DNA of 63,967 bases, filler included, from Reclinomonas americana ATCC 50394 (GCA_048213135.1; 6 parts of 5 records of this genome joined end to end with filler, not necessarily neighbours in it), one strand, 5' to 3'; shown: positions 27,201 through 41,529, counted from the whole stretch's first letter. Translations and numbers: made by a program. Notes: a model not told the origin generated them from the letters alone.

Positions 27201-28568
27201 AGCGCAGCAGCGTGAAGGTGAGCACGTCGGGAATGCTGCGGAAACACGTGGACATGCGCGCATCGGTGCGCGCACCGCACGCATCACACTGCACGCGATT
27301 GGAGCCAACCATCAGCTCGCCCTCCACCAACGCGTCCAGTGATTGCCCCATGCTCGTCATCTCGGCCACCGTCAACGGCACATCGAGGAACTTTTCACAC
27401 CGCTCCGACGAGCATCCGCATTGCAGGCATGTGCGTCGACTGACAGACTCGCCAAAGAACGTGTCGGGGATGAAGCGCTCGTACGGAGTGCGCATCAGCT
27501 GCTTCTCCAGCGCCTCGTACAGCTTCTTGTTGAGCTCGGACACATCGTGCTGGATGCGCGCCTGATTGTCGTACCAGCCGAATGCACGCGTGAGCAGCGT
27601 CGTCGACACTGCCACCTCGTCCACCAACTGCAGATTGGCAAAGACGCGCTGCACTTGGAACGGAATCATGCGCTTCTTCTTCTTCGGCACCGCCGGCTGC
27701 TCACATGTTGTAAGAGAGCAAAGATATACACACTCAGAATGGCATACGTGCACACACCTGCTCGGCCTCGGCAGCAGCAGCCGCCGCAGGAGGTGCCTCG
27801 GCAGCAGCTGGAGGCGGTGGCGGTGGCGCCATGGTCGCCTCATCGAACGCATTGTCAAACATCCATTCCATAATGGCATCCGACGAGCCGGTAGGGTTCT
27901 GCTGGTACGCGTAGCGAATGTGCGCCTCGACAAAGCCCATGCTCGTCAGCTGCTCCATCACAGCCTCGGGGATCTCCACCTCAGCCACCACCTCCTCCAC
28001 CACGCCAGCCGCCTCCGCCGCCGCCTTCTCCGCCGCCGCACGTGCAGCCTCCAACTCCATAATGTCCTCCTCCAGCATGAGGTCGTCCTACCCGTCGCCA
28101 CACGCGTGAGCAACGACGCAACAAGTCGGAATATCTTACGACAATGCAAACAACTTTACCTCGTCGACGTTGAGTTCCTCCACTGACAACTGATAGAGTG
28201 CATGTCGCAATTCTGGAGTCATGAACATGGTCTGGAAGAGCGAGTTGAGGTAGCACGTGGCACCCCTGCAGGGAGAGGAAAGAGAGAGGAAATGTGAGAG
28301 ACTGGAGAGGGTTATTTTCGGTAGTGTAACACAACTGGTTGCGAAGGCCAATGAGCCCAACCGCCGGCCGCGGCTCCGTCACCACAGGCAACTTGCTCGC
28401 TACGACACACAAACGCACACAAAGAGAGGTGGTGTCAACAAAAAAGTGCGCGACATTGCCACTTGTTCTTCCTCGCCACGCCCTCACATGCCGACACGCA
28501 CCTGCTGCAGCCGAGGGCGCACTGGGCTGCGGGTCACTGGGCCCAAACAGCTCGCCAAACAAGTCCAT
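21269..28568 (-). CDS. Ubiquitin-specific protease (peptidase C19), USP40/USP47-like, with inserted UBA and C-terminal ubiquitin-like domains
   Basis: Cys box GLRNQ|GATCYLNSLFQ, QHDVSE, His box VVIHKGDAQGGHYHAYI, WFDFNDS, AYMLFYR; UBA-like LTSMGF..AIMEWMF; long C-terminal multi-exon region. Confidence 0.88.
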
Positions 28569-28639
28569 TCTCACGCAAGCAGAGAGTGATCAAAGTGAGC
28601 GCGAGTGTTTGTCCTTCCTTCTTCTCTCTTTGTGAAGCA

Positions 28640-31600
28640 ATGGCCTCGGCGTCCTCGGCGACCAGCACTGCTGCGTACGAGCTGTTTGCTCACACGCATC
28701 GACCGCAACTGGAGAGCATTCAGCTGTTGCGCGCGCATCACACACACACAGTAATCTTCCGATGATGCTCATTCACACATGCATGCATGCACGCACAGGC
28801 CGCAGTCGCTGTGGAGACCGCTGTACGACAAGCTCGTGTTGCAGTTGTTTGACATTGGGCACGCGGTGGCGTTTGATGAGATTGCAGAGGATGATGATGA
28901 GGATGATGAGGGATTGGGGCATCGTGCGGCGATGCGACGCCGTCGCTATCGCGTACTCAGTGCCGTGGAGATGACTCCCGGTGCAGATGTGTTTCTGGTG
29001 CGCGCGCACAAGTCGACTGACACAGACAGTGCTTGCATGCTCACGCGCGTTTGCTGGTAGATTGATCATGCGTGGTCCACGACACCGGAGAAGGCGCGCT
29101 CCGACTTGCGTGCGCATCCGGATCTCGTGCAGCGCCTGATGCGCCTCATGATGCTCGAGGACATTGAGGAGCCGGTGGAGGATGAGGCCGAGTCGCAGCA
29201 GCAGGTGCCGCAGCTGGATGAGCTGCCGGTGGCGTCGAGTGCCGAGGAGTGGCTGAGTGCGTGTGGCAAGTCGTGGGAGACGCTGGTCGATGAGGAGGGG
29301 GCGGTGCTGGAGTGGGACTGGGAGGAGGACTCGGTGGTGTCGCTCAGCGATCAGGTGCTGGTGGAACTCGTGCATGGCATGGAGGCGCATGGAGTCGGTC
29401 GCGAGGCGGTCACTCTGTCGTTCTGGGGCAACACGGCCCTCACCGACGTGGCGCGCATTGCGGATGTGGTGAGTCGCGAGTCTCGCGAATACAGAGCCCC
29501 GACCTCGTTGCTCACTCACTCCACACAGCTGCAATACTTTTCGCATCCGCGCGCCCTGTGGCTGAATCACACGCACGCCGCGTTGCATGCGGGTCTCCGT
29601 GAGCTGGTGTGCGAGAAGCTGCCGTCACTGGAGCTGCTCAACTCCAAGTTCACGCACAAGTTGTGTGGTGCCTCGTTGCCGCGTTCCTCCGCTTCTATAC
29701 CACTGCTCACTAGGTGTGCGCAGTTACACGACGTGGGCCGTGACCTTTGCGAGCGTCGGCGATGCGGTGCAGACAGCCGATCAGGCGGCCACACTGGTGC
29801 ACTTGAAGCTCACGAATCGCGATGTCACTCTTGTTGCGTCTTTTGGTGTTCAAGCGGTGGCGCGCAGGCTGTCTCACAATTACGCGCACAGTGGAAACCG
29901 GAGGTGTTTGCCGAATTCCGCAACGCACGCACGATTGATCTGCGTGGCAACAAGTTGGTGACGGAGGACGGTGCGGCGATGCGACCAGGAGTGTTGGAGG
30001 CACTGCAGGCGTTGCCGGCACTGCGCGATGTGGTGCTCGACGAGGCGACGTACAGGCGCGCCATCGTCTTGGAGGCTCTGGTTGCCGGTTTGCCAAGGTT
30101 GCAAACAATCAACGGCAGCACGCCGACTCCGCAGGTACAGAACTGTGTCAAGCATGTTACTTGGTTTGTTTCCTGGGAGTGACTCACTCTGCTTGTTGCA
30201 CAGCCGCTGTCTGTCTTTGAGCGCAACGTGGATCGTGTGGCTGCACGCATGTGGCACTACAACCACACGTACCAGTATCATGATGGCGAAATGTGGCGCA
30301 GCATCTGGTGTTGCGTCCACAATCATGTCTCTGTTATTGTTGCCAGCGAGCTCACTCGCCTCTGTGTGTGTAGACATCATGGACGAGGTCGGATCCAACA
30401 TGGGCCACAGCGACTCGCCCAACTTCAAGGTGCATCCGTTCCTCTACACCAACACAATGGAGACGTTCTCGGTGGCCTGGCCGATCAAGCCCATCAGTCG
30501 TGCACAGCAAGTGAAGCGAGACTACTATTCTGGTTGCAAGGACGACATGGAACGCATGTGTCGTGCAGTCGGCATGAGCACCGACTGGGAATCGTGGGAT
30601 ATGACGCCGTTTGCCCAGGCCTTGCAGGCCTGGCGAACGCTGCACAGTGAGCCACAGTTGCGTCGACTGGTACGATTCGGTTCACTGGCTTCATTTCTCG
30701 ACTCATATGACACGCGCGGCACAGGCTCGGCAAGCTGCGACGTCACATGGAGGAGCTTAATCTGTGTGCCATCCCGGCAGAGCGTCGATCACGGCCGGTG
30801 CCTGCCGAGGTGTCGGCAGAGGGTTCGGCCGGTCGGCGGTACAAGGTGTTTACGGATGTGTCACAAATCCAGCAGCACCTGAATGACCCCATTTTTGGTG
30901 CGGGCGCCGTGTTGTCGTTTTATTGTGGACGGCCGCTGATCGTTCTTCGTGGGCGCAGAACTCGTACCCGAGTGGGAGCAGGCCGATTTTGTGTGGGTCA
31001 ATTCCGACATTCGTGACTTTGGACAAGTGCTGCAGGGTCAAGTGGTCAACCAGTTCCCGAACGAGCGAGTGCGTGTGCATTCCATGTACTGCACATGTGT
31101 GTGTGTGAGTGTGAGTGTGCGTGACTCATGACTCGTGGTGATGCAGATGTTCACAGTCAAGGATCTGTTGGCGGAGACGGTGCAGTGTGGTCGACCTGGT
31201 GCGCGTTGGCTGCCGACCACGTTCAATCTCGAATACGAGTTGGCCGAAGTACGCGGTGCGCAGGGCAACATTGCGTCACTGCATTCTCTCACTCGACGTT
31301 GCAGTTCATTGGCGACTACTGGGAGCGGTGGTGCAACGGCGGGGACACGCACTACATTGTCAAGTCGTGGAATCTGGCTCGCAGTGCCGAAATGGCGGTG
31401 TCGAACTCGTTGCAGACGGTGGTGCGAATGAAGGAGGCAGGCCCGCGCATTGCGTGCAAGTGTTGCGTCTGCCGCTGTGTCTCCCATGCTTGTCTTGCTC
31501 TTCTGTGCTTAACTCATGGCGGCAGACATCGAGCGTCCGGGCACGCTGTGGGGACGCAAGTTCGACATGCGATGGAATGTGATTCTGCGCAAGGTGGAGC

Positions 31601-32342
31601 CGCTGGAGTTGTACGTGCATCGCGTGTTCTGGCCGCGCTTGGCCAACCAGCAGTTCGCACTCAACTCGTTCGACGAGTACGAGAAGCATTTCACGGTGCA
31701 GAACTATCGCGCGTCGGCCACTGGACTCACCAACATTCTGCCGCCCGAATTCGTACCAACGTACGAGGAGCTGTACCCGGGTCGGCGATGGGCCGATGTG
31801 CAGGTTTGTCTCTCAGCGTATTAATGAGTGGATGGAGAGCGGTGTCTGACGTGACGTGTCGGCGTCGCACAGGAACGCATTCACGCGGTGATTCGCGAGC
31901 TGTTCGAGACGATTGCGGCGTCGGTGCTCGAGGGCAACGACTATTCGGCTGCCTTCTACGGTCTCGATATCATGCTGGACGCCGATGCGAACCCATACGT
32001 CCTCGAAGTCAATTTTGGCGCAGGTGCAGTATCGGTTGTTGCCGCCTTCGTCGTCCGCGCGTGTGTCCTCATCATGCGTGTGTGGTGGTGGTGCAGACAA
32101 TACGCGCGCCTGTCGGTTCTTCCCAGAGTTGCGTTGGCAAGAGAGACGGGTGATATGTCGATAAGTTGAGCAGGAAAACCTGACGTGCGCCTCTGCAGGT
32201 TCTACAACCAGGTGTTCCGGCTCATGTTGCGTTTGTGTGCCACTGGTGTGCTTGTGATTGGTTGGATGCTCACACGTGGTACATGCCAATGCACAGGTAC
32301 TTGGGCGAGCAGAACGACGAGGTGTTTGTGCGACTGGCATAG
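28640..32342 (+). CDS. TTLL12: Tubulin-tyrosine-ligase-like 12 with LRR-like insert, ~16 exons
   Basis: VFL|IDHAWS, W|YIMDEVGS..HSDSPNF, VNQFPNE, WLPTTFNL, IVKSWNLARS, CK|YIERP, KFDMR, YGLDIMLD, LEVNF. Confidence 0.9.
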
Positions 32343-32449
32343 GTGGAAGGAAACGGTGAAGTGAACGCCAACCAAGAATCGTAATCAATGAGATACCTGA
32401 ATTGCATTTTTCGTTCGCCACCGCTGCGCGCGCGTGCGCGTCTGCCGCC

Positions 32450-34506
32450 TCAAAACGCCATCTTGTAGATCAGTGTGGCCACCAGCAGCAACACGACCAA
32501 CATGACAGCGTACAGAATGCCGTCGAGGATGCGGTCCTGTCGGTGCCAGTACTTGATCACGTCGGCGTACGGAATGTGCGAGAAGGTGACCATGGAATAC
32601 AACGGCAGGTACACGCTCTCGGGGAGGAAGCGCATGAGGAAGCGCTCCAGTTGCTTGCGACGGCGGAACCACGCGCTGAATAGACAGACACACAGGAGAA
32701 ACATAAGAAACGCGGAAGACACGGCAAGCTGCTGCACGGTGACAAACCTGGCCGTGGAGTGACGCATTTCCTTGAAATTGTACAAGGCCAGATCGGCGAC
32801 GCCGTCACTGTTGCGCTTGCGCAGACGCGTGAACTCCGGACCAATGGCCTTCCAGTCGTCACCTGCACGCCACACACAGACACGATGAAATTATGGGGAC
32901 AGCTGAAATATGTCGCTTGGGCGAGTGCTCACCGTGCTGCTGGATGAGCTCGTCGAGAATCCGACAATCCTCAAAGCCAGCGTTGCACCCTTGGCCGTAG
33001 AACGGCACCACAGCGTGTGCGGCGTCGCCCATCAGGAGGAAGCGGCCGTCGTAGTGGTACGGCTCGCAGCGGATGGTGACCAGCGACGAGGTGGGGTTGG
33101 CGATCCAATCCTGTCGCGTCGCTGTGAGGGTGCACAACAGACTGGCGGAGACGAGAAGTGGGCGTCCAAACACACGCAACGTGCAGCAAGGTGGGCATCA
33201 GAGGCACGGCATCACCGAATTCGCGGCGGAAGAACTCGAGAATCCGCTCGTCGCGGTCCAGCGTGGAGAAGTTGCAGTCGCCGTGAACGTCGTCCGGGTC
33301 GGCGTCGATGCGCATGAAGATGGTGCAGGTGAACGAGCGGTCCTTGTTCGGCAGCGCAATCATCATGAAGTTCTTGCGCGGCCAGATGTGCAGGCAGTCG
33401 GGCTTCATGGCGTAGCTGTCGGCGACGGGGTGAATCAACAAGAAAGCAACACGAACTCGAGGCGAGCACACACACCCGTCGCGTGCTCCCTCCAGTGTGG
33501 CGCCACCCGGGATCTCGGCCGCCGGCGGAATCAGCAACTCCTGCAGACGGGGTGCGTCAGTATGAGCGGAGGAGGAGGGAGGGGAAGAAGAAGACGAGAG
33601 GCGCTTCTCACCTTGTACGCGTGTGGCAGGTAATCCTGCGAGTAATTGAACCGATCCAAGAACTGCATGCCGGCACGGACTTTGCTAAAGGCACCGTCGG
33701 CGCCAATCACCAACTACGCGATCAACAGTGTGAGTCCAACGAACACACGACAGGCGAACATCATGACAGCAACGAGAAATGGACCTTGGGCTTCACATCC
33801 TGTCGGCGCCCGTCCTTGTCGATCAGCGTAATGGTGCGCGAGCGAACGTCCACTGGCGCGATGCTGGTGCCAAACTGAATGTGCACATGCGGATGCCTGC
33901 AGGAAGGTGAGACCCAGATAGAGCAAGAGAGAAAGACAAGTGACTCAACTTCTCAGCGGCCGTGATGAGAGTCTCGTTGAGATGGCGACGTGGCACACTG
34001 AGAATGTGCTGACCGGGTTTGCCATAGGGTTGCTCAATCAGCTGCCAGCGGGAGGGAGAGTCAGGCGACTGATTTCCGCACGCAAAAAGGAATCAGCGCA
34101 TCTGCAGCACCTCTCCAGATGTTGTGTGAATCATGCGACCGTACATGGGAACGCCCTCGGCCACCACCTCCTTGGCAATGCCTGTGTGACAAGTGAGCGC
34201 ACAATGCTTTCTCTCTCTTTCTCTCATGCACACACACACACCTGCTTCCTCGAGAGCGCGAATGCCGCGGTTGCTCAGGGCCAGATTGATACTGCGACCG
34301 GCAATGACCTCGGCCACACGCGAGTCAGATCGACGCTCAATCACCTGTACACGCACATGTGTGTGAGTGAGTGAGAGAGAGAGAGTGCGCGGAGTTTTGT
34401 TGGTCACATGCTCCGCAACTGTGACGGCGAATCCGCGACGGGCAAGGTTGAGAGCACACAGTGCGCCAACGAGGCCGCCTCCAGCAACAAGCACGCTCTC
34501 TTCCAT
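32450..34506 (-). CDS. KMO: Kynurenine 3-monooxygenase
   Basis: GGGLVG, GRSINLALSNRG, IGADGAFS, LHIWPR..FMMIALPN, GDAAHAVVPFYGQGCNAGFED, YLPLYSMVTFS, C-terminal TM helix. Confidence 0.96.
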
Positions 34507-34793
34507 TTCTTGATAAGTGTTGATATGAGAATGCGGAACTCCGGAGTTGTCCTTATAATTAGCTTATGTCCTTCGGAGGTCTCTTTCTCTCTCGTTGCTG
34601 TCCTCCGATGTAGAGAGTGCCGAGGACAGCTTGGGAGGTATGCACAGTGGGTGTGCTGGGAGGCGCAAAGAATCGATGCCAGCATTCGACGTTGATATCA
34701 ACGTCGACTGTTTTCGAAACAAAGCTAAACAAACTGTGCACTATGTGTATCACCACCACCACCATCGTGAAGACTATCCGCCATGACCAGCGA

Positions 34794-37700
34794 TCATGTA
34801 ACCATTCGTCGCAAAGCAACCACGACTGCGCATGAAGCGAGTGAGCCGCTGGACACAAAAGAAAGACGCTGCAGCTGGGCAATGCAGAAGAACACTCACC
34901 CTGCTCCCTCAACAGTGCCGCCAGTGGTCCCAGTGTGGCCAGCACGCCGGTGAAGACGCCAACAATCACCACCGTCATGAATAGACCGGTGGGGAACTCG
35001 AACGTGATGGGTAATTGCGAAAAGAGCGCTCGTTGCAGGGTGGTGGTGACGCCCGTGATGATGCCTGCGGTGGAGTGTTTCTGTGAGACGCATTGCGTGT
35101 ACAACACGGCACCCCAGCGTCCTCCACTCGCTCACCAATGACCACACCCATGATGGATGCCGTAATCACCAGAACAATGGCCTCGTATGTGTACACTCGG
35201 CGCACCACACTGCGACGGGCACCCATGGCGCGCACCAGACCAATCTCCTTGCTCTGCTCGTGGATGTTGGTATCTGCGATAGCCGTACACATCAGCAAGT
35301 ACTCCTATCACATGGTACAGGAGCAGCGCCGCACGCAACACATGCTGGCCAGCAACGAGAAGAAGCACAAGGCCATGGCCACCACTGTGGTGAAGATGGA
35401 AAAGGCCGTCAGCGCCAGCTGCGGACGAAGAGGAAGGTAGGGTGAGACACACGAGTTGAACAAGGCCGTGACTCGCTCCGCCAAAGAAACCAACCTGCAC
35501 TTTGTCGAGGGCGCGCACGTCGCTGGCGATCAACATAGTTAGATGTGCGACGAGTATACAGTAACTGATGGCATCGCGCGCAACTCAAAGTAGTCGCGAA
35601 GCGTGAAGCCTATGCGCCCGTCCACCACGTCGAGCAGTGTCGATTTGACGCTGTCCTTGTCGCTCATGGTGGCCTCGGGTGTCAGTCGGATCATCAGCTC
35701 CCGCAGTCCCAGCTGCAAGCACTCAATAAATACCCTGATCTGCACAGACACACACTGCAACAATCATACGCACATCATCAACGCTACGGATCCAGCCGGC
35801 ACTCATCGCCAGTGTGCTTGGAATGGACACGAGCATGTCCTGGAGAATGCACGCAATATGTGAGTCAATGCTACACGCTGTTATTGCGTTGCCCTTTGCT
35901 GCGCACACACACCTCGAGGAAAAATGTGGGATACTTGCTGAACAGGAAGCGTGGTGTGGCATCCATGAGTGCGGCCGGAGTGAATGGGAGAAAGTACTTT
36001 TGTCGCACACCATCTGCGAGGGCGTTGTCAGTGTTCACCAACGATCATGGCCCTCCGACTCCCAAAGCACTCACCGACGGTCTTTGGTAGCGTGGCGAGG
36101 TAGTAGACAAGTGGCGAGGCGGTCCTGTTCGCACCCAGCAGATCACCGTAGATGCTGCCGATGAGTCCCGACTCTGTGCCAAGGCGTGTCGTGTACATTT
36201 GCTCCGCCAAGCCCTGCACGACATCGTGATCAGTGCGTCAGATTGTGTCGCCATCTTTGAAGAAAGCTAACCAGTGTGGACGGCTGTGCCACGCTGCCGA
36301 TGACCAAGAACTCGTCGAGGAGAACGTCGTACAAATTGGGTGACACGCCACTGCGTTGCCGTGCAGTGAGAAGCAAGGATCACCTGGGACGACGCACACA
36401 GTGCGCGCAACTGAATGGTCTGAAAGTACGCTCGGAAGTTGCCAATGTTGCCAATGGCGGTGTCGTAAATTTCTCTGCTCGAAGTCAGTCGCAACACACA
36501 AGCGCAGCAACATGCAGACATGCACACGCAGCGCAACTCGAAATGATCATCTATTCGATGTGTGACCCACGAGAAATCCTGCACGGCCGGGTGCTTCTCC
36601 AGAGCATCTTCAAACTGGCGCACCAGTTCGGGGTTGTTCTGCAGGCTTCCGAGTTTGATATCCATCTGGCGAAGATCAAGAGACAGATAAGGACAGGCCA
36701 ACTCGCGCGACCGAGAGGTGGCAGTCACAAGGCGCAACCTTGACATGCACCCCGAGCCGTTGCAGCTGCTGGTACGTGGTCGACTGCACTTGCATTCGGA
36801 AGGTCACCGCAATGAAAATGACAAACGCCAGACTCATAGAGTACATCAGTGTAGTCTGCACAGCGTCGACGGTGAGCACAGTTGCGCAACATGACATACT
36901 ATGCAAACAAGCCACCTTGCGATTCCTGTCCTTGTGTGAGACGAGATTCTTGATGACCAGCAGTTTTACGGCGCGGTTGTCCCAAAAGAACAGCACGTGC
37001 GTGATGAAGCGCTCCAGCAGCTTCTCCGCATTGAGGGCTGCGCGTCACCCAGTCAGCTCTCAAACCATCACTCCATCCGCAGCTTCCGAGAACAACAAAC
37101 CTAATAACACGAGGCCAAGTAGCATGCCGAAAAGCAGGTAAAAGAGAATGTTGAGCAGCACCGAAAACTGCTGCGTCAACAGCGCCAGTGGGAACATGTA
37201 GTACGCCAGGAACCTGCGCGCGCGGAAGCATCAGCACAGTGGTCAAAGCACAGCAGTGTGTACCACGCACCCGTACAGCGTCAACATGGAGCCGACAAAC
37301 ACGAGCGACCAGCTAACACCGGCATCGGCGGCACGGTCAATTTCAAACTACGCAACACTGGAGTGGTGAGCGACGCGGCATGTGTGCATCATAGATTTGT
37401 ACTCTCGCGAGGCGCACCACCACAGCCTTGGTTCGCGGTCGCTCCGTGTCCATGGCGTCCTGCAGTCGTGTCGAGAGTGCCTGCTTGGCCGGAAAGATGC
37501 ACGCAAACACTGCCACCAGCGTGGCCAGCAAGGTGGCGCCCACCACTGCATCCGTCGCTAGACCGGAAGGCGGTTCCACACTCACCAACTGCGTCAGCAT
37601 GGACGCCACGCTGCAAAGCAATAGCGGCCAGTGAGCCGGGTGACCGAGCAGCAGGGTGAGCGTGTGACGTGACGATCTGTTGACAAACCCAATCCACGAC

Positions 37701-39678
37701 ACGCGCGCCAGGATGAGCCCCAGAACTGCGCAACAAGCGAAAGTGAATAGAAATGAGCGACACAAGCACACTCGATCACGCTACGCAACCGTATGCCGGT
37801 AATGAGTACGACAGCGCCTGAAAATGGACGAGAGAGAGATAGTGAGATGCAAGTCACGGAGTTGATGGCCTTCACGTCACTCACCTGCACAAAAATGAGC
37901 TCCACAATCCCGAACCGCGGCAGTCCAATCACGCGCATGACGCCCAACTCAAACACTCTGGTGTCCACATTGATCTGCTCATCGCCAGTGAGTAGCAGCA
38001 CCAGCGAAACGGAAGAATGGTAGTGGAAAATCACCATCAGCAACGAATAGATGAGCATCACACTCAGCGCCGTGAGGATGACCGTGATGATGTTGATGGA
38101 GAGGGAGAGGAAGAGGGAAAAGTACTGAGCCGAGTTCATGAACGTGAGAATGGGAGTGGCGCACTCCAGCTGATTGAAGCCGGCCTTGAAGCGCAGTGTC
38201 GAGGCGAAGCTCGTCATGCGCTGCAGAATGACATTGTAGTCGGCCACTCCGTACCTGCGCACACAAGTCAACAGCGTGCACACACTACTGCTACAGCGCA
38301 ACAGTCGCAACGTATCCAGCCGCGGTGGTGGCACATTGATCACCACTGATGTGGCATACCGCTGGGCATCCAGACCAGAGAGCACAGTGGCCACCGCCGA
38401 CGCCACTCGCGGCGACAGGTTGCGTGCAATCAGCGGCAGGAACGTCGACAGCTCCATGAGCATGAGATTGCTGCGCGAGTCGGCAATGAGAATCCCACCA
38501 ACGAGAGGATCGCCTTCTTTATCGCAGCTCACCCTTCCGCCGCGCTTGCCACCCTCCCTGCCGTGTCCATGTTGCCGGCCACTCGCACAGTCGCGTACGC
38601 CACTGGATTCTATCGTCGAACGCATGAGCAAGAGATGACGACAACACCTGCAACGCGCATCTCACCGATTCAAAGCTGGCAGTGGAGTTGTGGTAGCGCT
38701 GTCCGTCGGCGTCTACAGCCGCCTGCAACAACACCGAGCCAACGTCGACGCGCAGAGTCACCATGTCGCCGACTTCGACGCGCATCGAGGCCATGAGCGA
38801 CGGCGCGAGGAGCACATCGCCGGAGGCCACCGGTACTGGGCCACGGTAATCGCGAGCGAGCCCCATTCGTTGCTCCTGCCGCGAATCGACCAGCAACAGC
38901 GACGCGCCCAGTGCCATTCGCCGACACAGCACGTCGATGCACTCTGATCCCCGCGTTTTCTCCGACACTGTGTGATCGTGCGTATGTATATGAGCGACCT
39001 GCAGGCAACAAGGGGGCAGAGTGGAGCGCCGGAGACCTTTCGGATCAATGTCAGCGCACTGCTGATCGTTGCTGTACGCCCAGTCGGTCGTGGCATCGCC
39101 CGTGGTCTGCACACGGAGGCGGACGTCACCCTCCATACACACGAACACGGTCACAAACTCGTCGGCGACTGCACCTTGGCGTTCCACGGCGACAAACATC
39201 TCGACTGCGGATACACATCGGCTTCGATAGTCACTCGGGCGCTTGCATAGTCGAACTCGCCTCCGAGAACGCCATCGTCGCGTAGTTGGCGATAATCGAT
39301 CGTCCGTGCACCTCCACTGCCTCATGCACACAGAGAGCATTCAGCACGCGTGTAGGTACGCCAGGCGAGCAAGTCAAACACGCAACGAGGGAGTGAGCAG
39401 CACGTCCATCTCGCCCTGTGTGGTCTCCGCCAATCGCAGCGTGACCACAGGCACCACACGCAACGTGGTCTGTGCCAGAGCAAACACAAACACCGCCATC
39501 TGTGCACGCATCGCAAACAGTCACCTCAATGCATTCCGATGGATGACAACGAGAAGCGAACACACACCAGGCAGGAGCATACGCCGAGGCAGTACGACAC
39601 CTTGTGTCGCCGCACTTGATGCGCCGTGAGGCGGCCGTACTGTGCGTATCGCCAGAGGACGGTGGTGACGACGCCCAT
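34794..39678 (-). CDS. FtsX/MacB-like (DUF214-type) multi-pass permease, eukaryotic version, many exons
   Basis: Two FtsX-like repeats: LIYSLLM|INVDTRVFELGVMRVIG and NIHEQSKEIGLVRAMG..VYTYEA; LVIKNL..HKDRNRK|TTLMYS motif. Confidence 0.85.
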
Positions 39679-39904
39679 GCGTGGTGGTCGGTCTGTGGGA
39701 GGATCAATCGGCGATCGCAGGACGACGAAGTGAAGACAACTCCGATGCGCGTGACGTTGCGTGCCCCCGTCTCTGCTGCAGTGTGTGTGAGGGAATGCTT
39801 GCAANNNNNNNNNNNNNNNNNNNNNNNNNNNNNNNNNNNNNNNNNNNNTTAATTAATTAANNNNNNNNNNNNNNNNNNNNNNNNNNNNNNNNNNNNNNNN
39901 NNNN

Positions 39905-41529
39905 GGTTGTGCGTGCATGGGAATGCAGGCCTTCTCCAAGTAGAGGTGCGCCACCGCATTGGCTGCACTGTTGCCGACACCGAGAGTCTGCTCGAATCCG
40001 CGGTAAAAGTCAATGCTCTCCTGCTGCTGGCAAATCTCCTCAATCAGCTGCAGCTTCTGCTGATCGGCCACGTTTCGTTCTTGCTCCTGCCGCGCCGCCG
40101 CACGCTACGCAAGGACACATCGTGAGAAGGGGGAGAGAGAGAGAGATCGACGGCGGCGAAGAATGCACAAGGCCACTCAACTGCTTCAGCAGACGCCAGT
40201 TCACCAAACGAGGCCGGTGCGTCGTCCTGGTCCAGCTCATCCAATTCACCACGCTCCACCAGCGATGGCGACTCCTCGTACGGGCCACCGACTTCATCGA
40301 CGGTGGCTGTATCAGGCTGATTCGCCCACGGATCAAAGGGTCCGCGTCCCAGCCGCGACTGAAACTCGGAGGGCGGCAGCACCATGCCGGGCGGCGCAAT
40401 GTGCCGCACCGATAGCGCGTCGACCAAATCGATCTGGATGTCGCAGTACAGGTCGGGGAACTGGTCGGTGACGAAGAGGACGCGGATGGTGTAGGAGAGG
40501 ATGATCCTGTCCACGAGGGAGTGNNNNNNNNNNNNNNNNNNNNNNNNNNNNNNNNNNNNNNNNNNNNNNNNNNNNNNNNNNNNNNNNNNNNNNNNNNNNN
40601 NNNNNNNNNNNNNNNNNNNNNNNNNNNNNNNNNNNNNNNNNNNNNNNNNNNNNNNNNNNNNNNNNNNNNNNNNNNNNCCGGCACACTCACGTGTCGCCGG
40701 AGCACGTGGTGAAGCACTATTTGGAGAAGAAACTCAGCAAGGTGAGGTGGTGGTGTTCTGCCCCGACGAGTATTGTGTACACCGCTGCCCTCACTCCTGT
40801 GAGGCATGCAGGGCGGTGGCGAAAGGTCACGTGGTGGTACAGCGAGTGCCGGTGGTGCTTCGTTGGTGAGGCAGCCTCCTTACTCCCCCTTTTTTCTTTG
40901 GTTCCTTCACACACTTCGTCGCGCAGGACTCGTCTTCCTCATCCTCTCGACCTCGCCCGTCGAGCTACCTCTCCAAAGCCGATCGCCGCTACATTTACAC
41001 GGCGTGCCAGTGCCTGACACACGACGCACTGAATGTGGTCATTCACTGCACGGAGTTAGAGGCCAGTCTGTTGCACGAGGAGACCAAGTTGGTGACCACG
41101 CCGGCATCTGTGGCCTTGTGTCAGTGTGTTGCCGAACTGGCGTTGTCGCGCATCCAGCTACTGGAGTCGATCCAGGTCTCGCGGTTACGTGGCGTCTCGC
41201 TGGACTCGTTCGATGTGCGGCAGATTGATCCGAGCACGGGATTCGTCAAGAGTTGCGCTGTTTTTCTGAGCTGCTGCTGCTCCTACTCCTGCTCTCGTCC
41301 TCACCAGTCTACAGCCATGGCCATGGATGTGTGGGGCGAGCGAACCAGCGAACGTGACGACATTACGGTGCGCAGGGAACGAGCTCTCCACCACCCGTCG
41401 CTGCGGACCGACAATCCAAGTATGAGCGACCTGCTGCCACCGTGCGAACACGGCCTACCCGGCCTTCCCGCCCTTGCGCTTCCACACCAACGGCCAAATG
41501 ACTATGACTCTAGCGACTCTGTGTTGTAA
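39905..41529. CDS. Fragments of hypothetical protein(s): exons on - (39905-40523) and + (40678-41529)
   Basis: Spliced open frames with GT-AG introns on both sides of an N gap; no family recognised. Confidence 0.35.
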
